IMG/VR virus record: IMGVR_UViG_3300046710_000032
Span: 1-24,152 of that record
DNA from: a virus
Lineage: Duplodnaviria > Caudoviricetes
DNA: 24,152 nt
Reading direction: 5' to 3' (one strand)
Under the pieces are notes generated by a model. That model did no database searches, was not told the DNA's origin, and worked only from the letters and a program-made list of their open reading frames with translations. This document shows, one piece after another, positions 16,701 through 24,152 of the stretch. The translations under genes were made by a program, and so were the position numbers. How positions within the stretch are numbered: position 1 is the stretch's first letter; each line of letters opens with the position of its first letter.

Positions 16701-18311
16701 GGCACCACGCTGAACACGAATGCTGTCGTGTATAACGTCTTCGTCATCATGGGCGGGACAGCGGCCGGCGCCGCGGGGGATGGCTTCAGTGAACATGGCG
16801 AGTTCATTCCGGTCGAGCCCACCTCTCCGGGCGGTAGTCAGTGGGGTCTCGATGCGGAAGAGCCGGAGCCGCCGGAAGAGCCGCCCGGTCCTGGACCCGG
16901 ACCCGGCGCCGGAGGCGGAGACACGCCTGGCGCTCCCGGAGGTGGGGCGGACGACATCCTGAGCGACCTCGAAGCGGCGTGTCTGCCCTACACCAAGCGC
17001 GTATTCGATGATGCCCTGTCACGGATCGGGATCTCGAAGCGCACTGTGGACCCTGGGACCGACAACACTGAAGAGGCTGAATGCCTCCGGCTGCACTACG
17101 CGCGCGCGCTCGAACAAACGCTCCGCGATTTCCCGTGGCCGTTCGCCACACGTTACGCGGCACTGACGCTACTCTCGGGAACCATCGCCGCGCCGATGAA
17201 TGACGATTGGACTTACAGCTACCGCCGGCCAGTTGACTGCGTCTTCGAGCGGCGCATCGTCGTCCTGCGCACGGGCGCGGTCAATCCCACTCCGCCACCG
17301 TTCCAACTGAGCTTCGACGACACGGGCGGCCGGATCTTCACGAATCAGGCGAGCGCGGTTCTGGAATACACGGCGAGACCGGAATGCACGGCGGCGCAAG
17401 GGGATCCGCTCTTCCTCGACGCGTTCGTCTGGAAACTCGCGGCGCGCATCGCCGGCCCGCTGACGCGTATCGCGGACGTCGTCAAGGTCTGCGAATCGGA
17501 ATACCAGAACGCGATCAACCGGGCGACACTGGTCCTCCGACCGGGGAACCCTGGCGTCCGAACGGTCCTCGACCCGGACGGACTCGATCCGACTGCGGCC
17601 GCGACGGCGGCAAACCTCGCGGCGGTCAATCGGGCGCTGATTCGTATCGGCGCGCGCACGGTCGCGAACCTCAGCACCGAACAGAGCCGAGAGGCGGACG
17701 CGGTTCGGGTGCTGTTCGAGGACGAACTCCGGTCGACCCTCCGAGATCATCCGTGGGCGTTCGCGACGAAATACGACACAGACCTGGTCCCGATTGACGG
17801 GACCGCAGACGATCCAGTCAACGACGACTGGTGCTTCACCTATCGCCTGCCGGCGGACTGCGTCTTCGTGCGGCGGATCGTGCCGGCAACCGGGCGGGTG
17901 TTCGATGCCGATCCGATTCCCTTCCGGATGGGACAGGACGACACCGGGGCACTGCTCTACACCAACCTCGAAAACACGGCGAAGGACGTCGCCATCGAAT
18001 ACACGGCCCGTATCCCGTCGGCGGTAGCCTGCGCGGACGCCCTCTTCAGGGATGCCTTCGCGTGGCGGCTGGCGGCCTCCCTGGCGCCATCTCTCGCCCA
18101 GGTCGACCCTGCGGCCGTCGAGCAGCTCGGTCGTGGCCCACAGGTCGACCCGAAGGAACGGAAGGCCACGGAGACGCAACTCCGGGGCGCTGCGGCGCGC
18201 TTCGCGTGGCAGATGTATGGCGTGGCGATCGCGAAGGCACAATACGCCGACGTCCGGGAGCAGCAGCAGGAGAAGCCGGGAGACGCGGAATGGATCACGG
18301 GCCGTAACTGA
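13746..18311 (+). CDS. Giant fusion: lectin/fibre-like N-terminal region plus two tandem tail tubular protein A (gp11-like adaptor) domains
   Basis: Two copies of AL.RIG...EA......L..L.D.PW.FAT...W...Y..P.DC...EYTAR...LF.DAF.W.LAA at about aa 1081-1260 and 1289-1521; directly upstream of tail tubular protein B. Confidence 0.85.
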   Translation: MAKIQYLTFEVHLQDATLVAQLQGTPPGETSKQGTAVNAIIRAPETGADVEFQTTDVHPLPLIGPKDTVPTTPYIYSEWFTDGNNFPRNVATFVRKSGGWFGIPWLFGTTVRFYWRGVFVYDAPQDSATGDAGGPRAAIAVRRWIDTFQLFEPTALDPGDGATEMSAFMSRDAARAVDGYGFAMRGLAGVRTRFLTGNHGGNAIVTPLAHESWERLYVRLRKVPTAAVTFWCCRNSISNQAGAVLQISPSGQIVVSNRNAAGTMALLGSTVALEIDRWYKLDLLVQYCLAAATSGQIQVYLNGEPALIGTVADSQGGMGQAAAHNTSEIGSPVAHTMEFDIGFWMNAQIPAQTPLTWNAQRADSNLPSITGLDWVNGSRGVLIRPSGMSADNADWSTNWRLLMQRPARFDWSLCEGALSTTAGAKLAVTTDAAQSVEGVPGSLGCVAFYVALFSWRGTTSGTLGYKLPPAAAILGAIIQREATYIGWNGVMVSVSGLLSPAALTGLELQHVKGADTTSSKVACLMASAELIGTFGDEDYPPTVPVDLRDPLPFLGIHNAPYPRTPWARTVSPPFVPVVIKSGTYAGNSTGQELTFRAPVHWLWIRRVTVSANSPKTIRWWSSKLGASQKDEESPKSWNVPDQLIDPTFVVTPAGGVPTGTGALPDRADQVVTLVAANIGLLDGTNENKLELLKLICRALNADNAGDGNNWGILQKPAGVVPTDILVWKPTLVHVDVLSDTGPMWNVIGVIDSTWSWLAVDAEGAQEQQTIVRIAGADIEVNQTGQTYVYVAIADPGQRYMLNGASAHVTANIAGLVHALIDTGFTPIWGWFQNEHPNNGSGVDMMAIKGPGNAAAALTKLSGSQLASAVTFGAGTLTLGADAMFGATEVGLNFSLFRMIEPGSVDPGRFDVVRVTTYTGNGAGGTRSIALPNPSGKRPLWVIVQPNTALGYFKDASHAGGNSTKLSDGSQLTTAIVTGAPDEITVGTTLNTNAVVYNVFVIMGGTAAGAAGDGFSEHGEFIPVEPTSPGGSQWGLDAEEPEPPEEPPGPGPGPGAGGGDTPGAPGGGADDILSDLEAACLPYTKRVFDDALSRIGISKRTVDPGTDNTEEAECLRLHYARALEQTLRDFPWPFATRYAALTLLSGTIAAPMNDDWTYSYRRPVDCVFERRIVVLRTGAVNPTPPPFQLSFDDTGGRIFTNQASAVLEYTARPECTAAQGDPLFLDAFVWKLAARIAGPLTRIADVVKVCESEYQNAINRATLVLRPGNPGVRTVLDPDGLDPTAAATAANLAAVNRALIRIGARTVANLSTEQSREADAVRVLFEDELRSTLRDHPWAFATKYDTDLVPIDGTADDPVNDDWCFTYRLPADCVFVRRIVPATGRVFDADPIPFRMGQDDTGALLYTNLENTAKDVAIEYTARIPSAVACADALFRDAFAWRLAASLAPSLAQVDPAAVEQLGRGPQVDPKERKATETQLRGAAARFAWQMYGVAIAKAQYADVREQQQEKPGDAEWITGRN

Positions 18312-20548
18312 TGAACCCGCAGCCGGTCATTCAACGATCGTTCGGGGCTGGCGAGCTCGCTCCAGCTCTGCACGCTCGCGCCGATCAAAGCAAATACGTC
18401 ACGGGTCTGCGGACGTGCAAGAACTGGATCGTCCGCCGCTCAGGGGGAGTCGTGAACCGTCCAGGGACGCGGTTCATTGGCGAATGCAAGACCGCGAGCC
18501 CGACCGTGAAGATCATCCCCTACATCTCAGAGATTGCCGGCGACAGTCTGCTGCTAGAAATGGGGGCGGGTTACATCCGGTTCTACAAAGACGGGGCGCT
18601 CGTGACGATCGACGCCCCGGACGCCTATGATGCCGGCACGCACTACGTCATCGGAGACCTCGTCTCTGCGTCGGCCGTCAATTACTACTGTCTGAAGGCG
18701 GGCATCGGGCACACGCCGGTTTCGAGCGCAACCTACTGGTATCCGCTCGACGACGACGTCTTCGAGGTGCCGATCGACTTCGGGTCGGACCTACCGTATT
18801 GGTCGCAGAGCGGGCGGACGATCACACTGACGCACCAGGACCACGCGCCGCAAGAACTGACGTGCGTCGACCTGACCACCTGGGTCATCAAGACCGTCGT
18901 CACGTCCACGGTGCTGCTTGGTCCGACGAACGTCGTGCTGACACCGGGAGCCGTGGGCACCCGCTACTATGCCTACAAGGTGACGGCCGTGGTGGGTGAC
19001 GATTACGAGGAAAGCGAAACAAGCGCACTGGTGGCGGACCTGGGGTGCGCGGAGCCGACCGCGGACCTACCGAACAGCCTCACCTGGACCGCCCTGGCGA
19101 ACGCGAAGGAGTATTACGTCTACTGCGACCCCTACGACAATGGGACCTTTGGCTACGTGGGGACCGCCTCCGGGACCACGTTCAAGGATCCGGGCTTCGT
19201 GCCGGACTTCACGGTGACGCCGCCGGTGCCGCGCGCACTCTTCGCGACGGAGTTCAACTACCCGAACGTCTCGGCCACGTATCAGCAGCGGCGGTTCTTC
19301 GGCTACACGGCTGCGGTTCCGGACGCGATCTTCGCCTCGCGCGTGGGCTTTCCGTCGAACTTCGGCATCTCCAGCCCGCTTCAGGACGATGATTCCCTGA
19401 CGTTTCGGATTGCCGGACGCGGGCACAATCCGATCCGGCATCTGGTCGGCCTGAAGCAGCTCGCGGTCCTGACCGATGGCGGCGTGTGGCTGGTACAGGG
19501 TGGCAGCGACGGCGTCCTGGCGCCGAACGCCATCAACGCGGAGCAGGAAACGTATGCGGGTTGTGCGCCGGACGTGCCGCCGGTCGTCATCGGCAACGCG
19601 ATCATCTACCTGCAGGCGCGGGGGTCCATCATCCGGGACGTGCAATTCAGCCAGCAGGTCGAGGGGCTCGACGGGCGGGACCTGACGCTCTTCGCCTCGC
19701 ATCTGGTCGACGGTCACACCATCGTCCGGTTGGACTATGCCGAAACGCCGGATTCGGTCGTGTGGGCCGTGCGCGACGATGGCATCCTCCTCGGCATGAC
19801 CTACGTCCTGGAGCAGGACGCCTGGGGCCGGGACCAATACGTCGCCGGCTGGCATTGGCATGACACGCACGGCTGGTTCGACGACGTGTGCGTCGTCCCG
19901 GAAGACGATCAGGATGGCGTCTACGTCATCGTCCGCCGGACCATCGACGAGGCGACGGTCCGCTACATCGAGCGGTTCGCGTCTCGGCAGGTCATTACCT
20001 GGAACGAGGACGTCTTCTTCGTTGACGCCGGTCTTAGTCGCCACGGGTCTCCGGTCGACAACGTCACCGGCCTGGATCATCTCAATGGCGAAGTGGTCGC
20101 GGTGGTCGGGGACGGAGAAGTCATCTTCGATGGCGACCCAGACGCGACGAACGCCGCGGACTTCACCGTGACGGGCGGGACGCTGCCGGTCGACTTGCCG
20201 GCGAGTTACACCGACATCCACGTCGGCCTTCGGATCGCCTATCCGGATCTGGAGACGCTCGATCTCGACGTGCAAGGGTCCGCAGTGCGGCCGGCACAGA
20301 AGCGGGTCTCGGCCATCAACGTCATTCTGGACGCCAGCTCCCGGAGCTTCTACGCGGGGCCGGACGTTGCCCATCTGCGGCGCTACACGCCGACCGTCTT
20401 CGAGAGCCTGACGCCGCCCTACACGGGGCAGGTCGAACTCAGTCTGACGTCGACGTTCAACAAGGCCGGACGGGTGCTGATCCGACAGACGGACCCGCTC
20501 CCGATCGGGATCTTGGCGGTCATTCCAAATGTGGAACTCGGAGGGTAG
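18311..20548 (+). CDS. Tail tubular protein B / nozzle (T7 gp12-like)
   Basis: QRSFGAGELAPALHARAD..KY, GGVVNRPGT, YQQRRFF, DLTLFASHL, V.GWHWH, IRQTDPLP; TGATG overlap. Confidence 0.9.
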   Translation: MNPQPVIQRSFGAGELAPALHARADQSKYVTGLRTCKNWIVRRSGGVVNRPGTRFIGECKTASPTVKIIPYISEIAGDSLLLEMGAGYIRFYKDGALVTIDAPDAYDAGTHYVIGDLVSASAVNYYCLKAGIGHTPVSSATYWYPLDDDVFEVPIDFGSDLPYWSQSGRTITLTHQDHAPQELTCVDLTTWVIKTVVTSTVLLGPTNVVLTPGAVGTRYYAYKVTAVVGDDYEESETSALVADLGCAEPTADLPNSLTWTALANAKEYYVYCDPYDNGTFGYVGTASGTTFKDPGFVPDFTVTPPVPRALFATEFNYPNVSATYQQRRFFGYTAAVPDAIFASRVGFPSNFGISSPLQDDDSLTFRIAGRGHNPIRHLVGLKQLAVLTDGGVWLVQGGSDGVLAPNAINAEQETYAGCAPDVPPVVIGNAIIYLQARGSIIRDVQFSQQVEGLDGRDLTLFASHLVDGHTIVRLDYAETPDSVVWAVRDDGILLGMTYVLEQDAWGRDQYVAGWHWHDTHGWFDDVCVVPEDDQDGVYVIVRRTIDEATVRYIERFASRQVITWNEDVFFVDAGLSRHGSPVDNVTGLDHLNGEVVAVVGDGEVIFDGDPDATNAADFTVTGGTLPVDLPASYTDIHVGLRIAYPDLETLDLDVQGSAVRPAQKRVSAINVILDASSRSFYAGPDVAHLRRYTPTVFESLTPPYTGQVELSLTSTFNKAGRVLIRQTDPLPIGILAVIPNVELGG

Positions 20549-20551
20549 CCA

Positions 20552-21106
20552 ATGCTGATGACCGCTATCGCGCTCGGGATTGCCGCGGCCGGCGCGATCA
20601 CTCAAGCGGTCGGCGCCGTGAAGTCGGGTAACGCCGCCAAGAAGTCGGGCGAAGCGGTGCAGGCGGCTGACGAGTCGGTCGCGCAGCTCGACGAATACAA
20701 CGCCGCCGTCGCGGACCTGCAGGCGAAGGACTCGGTCGAGCGCGGCGCCTTCGAGGAGCAGAGGTTCCGGCAAGGCGTCCGGGTGATGATAGGGAGCCAG
20801 CGCGCCGGCATCGCGGCGAGCAACGTCGACGTTGGCTTCGGGTCGGCCGTGGACGTGCAAGCGGACGCCGCCTTCCTGGGCGAGTTGGATGCACTGACGA
20901 TCCGGACGAACGCCCAACGTGAGGCGTACGGCTACACTGTTCAAGGGGAAGATCTCCGGAAGCGCGCGGAGATTTCACGCAAGGAAGGGGCTGCGGGCTT
21001 GGCGGCCGGGGAAGCCGCACAAAGTCAATCGAGGTGGCAAGCTGCCGGCAGCGTTCTCAACACCGGGACAAGTCTTTTGCAGGCTCGGTATGGGTTCAAG
21101 AAGTAG
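20552..21106 (+). CDS. Internal virion (ejection) protein, gp14-like
   Basis: Hydrophobic Ala/Gly N-terminus, GSQRAGIAASNVDVGFGSA.DV, ELDALTIRTNA; follows the nozzle gene. Confidence 0.8.
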   Translation: MLMTAIALGIAAAGAITQAVGAVKSGNAAKKSGEAVQAADESVAQLDEYNAAVADLQAKDSVERGAFEEQRFRQGVRVMIGSQRAGIAASNVDVGFGSAVDVQADAAFLGELDALTIRTNAQREAYGYTVQGEDLRKRAEISRKEGAAGLAAGEAAQSQSRWQAAGSVLNTGTSLLQARYGFKK

Positions 21107-21118
21107 CAGGGGGAAGCG

Positions 21119-21214
21119 TTCGAATGTTCACGGAATCGGTTAGAATGAGCGGGATCGACGACTGTAATCAGCAGCCGCCGGTCCCTCACCACGTCCACGA
21201 GATCGGAGGTCTCG
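21119..21214 (+). promoter_or_regulatory. Candidate promoter and structured leader of the HNH cassette
   Basis: TTCGAA-16 nt-TAGAAT; hairpin GGGATCG/CGGTCCC (21151-21185); hairpin CGAGAT/GTCTCG (21198-21214) overlapping SD GGAGGT. Confidence 0.55.
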
Positions 21215-21219
21215 CTGTC

Positions 21220-21756
21220 ATGGCTGTTCTACATTCTACCCGCTCCCCACGCTTGATTGATCTGGTCGGTCAACGGTTCGGCCGACTCGTCGTGACAGAC
21301 CGCGCTTTGAATGATCGCAGTGAAAAAACCCTTTGGCGCTGCGTCTGCGACTGTGGCAAGGAAAGTGTCGTCGCTGGCTACCGTCTTCGGCTCCAACGTA
21401 CGACCAGTTGCGGGTGCTGGGCGTCTGAGCGGAGAGCGGAGTTTTGCCGCGCAAGTTTCACCACGCACGGAAAAAGATACACGCCAGAATATCGGTCGTG
21501 GAAAGGCATGAAGGAACGCTGTTTCAATCCGCACAGCACGGGTTATCCGTGTTGGGGAGGGCGCGGCATAACGATCTGCGCGAGATGGATCGACTCTTTC
21601 GAGAATTTCCTCGCCGACATGGGGCCACGTCCCTCGCCTAGACACTCTATCGATCGGTGGCCCGACAACGACGGCAACTACGAGCCTGGGAATTGCCGAT
21701 GGGCCACGGTTAAGGAACAAGCGAACAACCGGAGGGATAACGTGTGCCGCAAGTAG
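21220..21756 (+). CDS. HNH-type homing endonuclease with N-terminal Cys-rich domain
   Basis: DLVGQRFGRLVV, WRCVCDCG, TTSCGC, EYRSWKGMKERC, GGRGITICARW, SIDR..DNDGNYEPGNCRWAT..EQANNRR; start moved to ATG 21220. Confidence 0.88.
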   Translation: MAVLHSTRSPRLIDLVGQRFGRLVVTDRALNDRSEKTLWRCVCDCGKESVVAGYRLRLQRTTSCGCWASERRAEFCRASFTTHGKRYTPEYRSWKGMKERCFNPHSTGYPCWGGRGITICARWIDSFENFLADMGPRPSPRHSIDRWPDNDGNYEPGNCRWATVKEQANNRRDNVCRK

Positions 21757-23459
21757 CTCGCTACGGTACTCGCCGAATCGTACCTGACGCTCTTCCTAAC
21801 GTCCGCCTCACGGCAGCCGAGACGCCTGAATCGGAAGGTGCGGGCGTGGCGGAGGCAAACGCGCGCAAGTGGAGTTCCATCGGGCAGATCGGGGAAGGGT
21901 TCGCCAACAAGGCGACGAGCCTCCTCGCGCAGCAGTGGCAGGACGAGCGGGACATCGCCGACGAGACGGCCGTCCTCGACGCCAGCACGAAGTTGAAGGC
22001 GCACGCGCAGGACCTCACGCAACAGGCTCAGGAGAAGACCGGGCTCGATGCGATGGCGTCGCAGGCGCCGATCACGGAGGACTTTGGGAAGTTCGCCGGC
22101 ACGTTGGAAGCTGGCCTGAAGACGGATCGGCAGCGGCTCGCCTTCGCGCGAGTGAAAGCGAATGAGGCGCTCGGACTCGATATCAACCTGAAGCGGCACT
22201 CCTACCAGGAGCAACAGAACTATTCGAAGGACGTCCTGAAGGCCACCGTCGAGACCTCGGTCAACGCGGCGATCTTCAACGCGCTCGATCCGCCACGGGC
22301 CGGCCGGGAGATTCAGAATGCCGTCGGCGCGATCCAGATGCTCGGGCCAAAGCTCGGCCTACTGCCTGACCAGATCACGGCCATGTCGAGCGCCGCCACC
22401 AGCGACGCGCACGTCGGGATCGTCAACCGGCTCCTGGCGGTCGACAAGGCGCAGGCGGCCAAAGCCTACTTCGAGGAAGCGAAGTCGCAGATCAACGGGG
22501 ACGCTCTGGCCGGGGTCGAGAAGGCGCTGGAACTCGGGACGACGCGCGGCGAGTCACAGAAGCAGGCGGACACAATTCTCCTCGCGGGGGGCACGCCGGC
22601 AGAGCAGCGGGCGAAGGTGCGCGAAATCACCGACCCGGCGCTCCGGGACGCGGTGCAGGAACGTGTCGAACACAACATCGCCGTGACGGAGAAGCAGGCG
22701 CGCGACGGGGAAGAGGACGCCACGCGACAAGCCTACGCCATCATCGACAAGACGGGATCGTTCTCGGCCATCCCGACGGACCTCTTGAGCCGACTGCCGG
22801 GGGACGCACGTCCGGGGTTGCGAAACTATGCGCGGGCACGGGCGAAGGGCGAACCCGTCGAGACGGACCTGTCGATCTACTACGGGCTCCTCCAGCAGGC
22901 AGGCGACAACCCGACCGACTTCGTCAAGGTGAACCTACTCGCCAAGCGCAGCCAGCTCGACGACTCCGACTTCAAACAGCTCGCGCACCTTCAACTGTCG
23001 ATCCGGAACGACGATCGTGCCGCAACGGAGAAGGTTCTCTCTGCGGTGATGACGCGCTCGCAAATCTTCACCGAAGGGATCTCGGACGCCTTCATTGTCC
23101 CGGACACGCCAGAAGCGAACGCACTACATCGGGAACTCGACCGCCGCGTCGAACAGTGGCAGACCGACACGGGCAAACCCGCGAGCAATGAACAGGTGCA
23201 GGCGGTCATGGATACGCTCGTGCAGCAGGTCGTCCTCACGCCGGCCACGCCTGCGACGGGCGGGCTGTGGGGCTTCGGCATGACGCCGGGGCAGGCCGCC
23301 AAGATCAAGCGCGGGATGGATCTGACCGTGGACGACATCCCCGCGGCCGACCGTGCGCGCGTCGAAGCCTCGCTCCGGGCCGCGCAGCAGCCGGTAACGC
23401 CCGACAGCATCGTCAACTGGTATCTGCGCGCGAAACGGAAAATGGGCGGGGTGAAGTAG
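21744..23459 (+). CDS. Internal virion (ejection) protein, gp15-like
   Basis: GTG start with GGAGGG SD; 571 aa, helical and Ala/Gln-rich, MPQV..Y N-terminus; position in the ejection-protein block. Confidence 0.75.
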   Translation: MPQVARYGTRRIVPDALPNVRLTAAETPESEGAGVAEANARKWSSIGQIGEGFANKATSLLAQQWQDERDIADETAVLDASTKLKAHAQDLTQQAQEKTGLDAMASQAPITEDFGKFAGTLEAGLKTDRQRLAFARVKANEALGLDINLKRHSYQEQQNYSKDVLKATVETSVNAAIFNALDPPRAGREIQNAVGAIQMLGPKLGLLPDQITAMSSAATSDAHVGIVNRLLAVDKAQAAKAYFEEAKSQINGDALAGVEKALELGTTRGESQKQADTILLAGGTPAEQRAKVREITDPALRDAVQERVEHNIAVTEKQARDGEEDATRQAYAIIDKTGSFSAIPTDLLSRLPGDARPGLRNYARARAKGEPVETDLSIYYGLLQQAGDNPTDFVKVNLLAKRSQLDDSDFKQLAHLQLSIRNDDRAATEKVLSAVMTRSQIFTEGISDAFIVPDTPEANALHRELDRRVEQWQTDTGKPASNEQVQAVMDTLVQQVVLTPATPATGGLWGFGMTPGQAAKIKRGMDLTVDDIPAADRARVEASLRAAQQPVTPDSIVNWYLRAKRKMGGVK

Positions 23460-24152
23460 ATGCCCCTGGCCTACGGGAACCCGCTCGACGAGGCGCTCGC
23501 GGCCACGCCCGCGCCGGAGACGCCCGCAGTCCCGACAACGGGACCGCCTACGCCGGCAGCCGATCCGCTCAGTCTTGCCCTCGACCAAGTCGCTCAGGAA
23601 GATCATCAGGCCGCGGAGTCGCGCTTCCGCGTCTCCATGAAGCAGGCGGGACAGGACACGCTCTCCCCGGAACGTGCCGCCAACGCCTACCGCCTCGCGA
23701 ACAAGTATGGCCTTCCGGGCGGACTCGTCGCGCGCAACCTCGACACCATCGAGGAACGTGCCACGCGGATCGATACGCCCTACGCGCAAATGATGAAGGA
23801 GACGCCCGCGCTGGCGGAGTGGCTCTCAGAACCCGCGCACGCGACGATCGCAAAAGACGACCTCCCGCAACTCGGCGCCCTTGAATGGATCGTGAAGAAC
23901 CCGCTCGCGAGTCTCAGTCACGCCGAGGACACTGTCGGGACGTGGTTCAGCGCCGCGAAGCAGACGATCGCGTCGTCACTGAAGGGACTCGGCACGAACC
24001 AAACTCCCGCGACTCCGGCGCCTACCAGTCCAACTATCGCTCCGCCGCTAGCCGCGATGGGGCCGTGGGCCGAGAAGGTCGCGACATCCGATGTCCTGAA
24101 GCCGGCAAGCGGCGCCGTGTCTGTCGATCCGGTGACGGCGGGTATGTCAGAG
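23460..24152 (+). CDS. Large internal virion protein (gp16-like position), partial
   Basis: ATG directly after TAG 23459; frame open to the window end by hand translation (MPLAYGNPLDEALAA...PALAEWLSEPAHATIAKDDLPQLGALE...); absent from the ORF track because there is no stop. Confidence 0.75.
   Translation, partial: MPLAYGNPLDEALAATPAPETPAVPTTGPPTPAADPLSLALDQVAQEDHQAAESRFRVSMKQAGQDTLSPERAANAYRLANKYGLPGGLVARNLDTIEERATRIDTPYAQMMKETPALAEWLSEPAHATIAKDDLPQLGALEWIVKNPLASLSHAEDTVGTWFSAAKQTIASSLKGLGTNQTPATPAPTSPTIAPPLAAMGPWAEKVATSDVLKPASGAVSVDPVTAGMSE

Larger units (their letters stand above)
1..24152 (+). mobile_element. Podovirus-type (BPP-1-like) phage/prophage packaging and virion module
   Basis: Terminase-portal-scaffold-capsid-cement-adaptor-nozzle-ejection gene order; no tape measure or sheath gene. 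Confidence 0.93.

Noticed and set aside
20546-20554. Stop-codon reassignment (TAG read as sense)
   Set aside because: Conserved genes are intact in the standard code and TAGs fall at the expected C-termini of capsid, cement and nozzle.
21118-21129. GTTCGAATGTTC as a LexA box
   Set aside because: Spacing and orientation do not match the GAAC-N4-GTTC or GTTC-N7-GTTC consensus.
21101-21757. 7-bp direct repeat AAGTAGC flanking the second HNH cassette, as a target-site duplication
   Set aside because: It is short, both copies include a Lys-stop, and excision between them would remove the start of the downstream gene; probably chance.

Overview
This GC-rich window is a continuous, all-plus-strand late operon of a tailed phage or prophage with podovirus architecture, resembling Bordetella phage BPP-1 and more distantly T7. 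Gene order: small ORFs, terminase small subunit, HNH endonuclease, terminase large subunit, small basic and Zn-finger ORFs, GNAT, portal, scaffold region, major capsid, capsid cement, an accessory block (signal-peptide protein, fibre, second GNAT, membrane proteins), a 1521-aa adaptor fusion, tail tubular protein B (nozzle), and internal virion proteins interrupted by a second HNH cassette. The most striking feature is the 1521-aa protein in the tail tubular protein A (T7 gp11-like adaptor) position. It has two tandem adaptor domains joined by a Pro/Gly linker to about 1040 aa of beta-rich, lectin/fibre-like domains. This suggests a six-chain pseudo-dodecameric collar with built-in appendages. 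Other points: a three-way-junction RNA structure between capsid and cement genes, a structured leader occluding the SD of the second HNH, an exported-looking protein in the virion module, a 48-aa membrane ORF missed by the ORF track, and heavy use of TAG stops. All family assignments come from motif recognition and synteny, not database searches.
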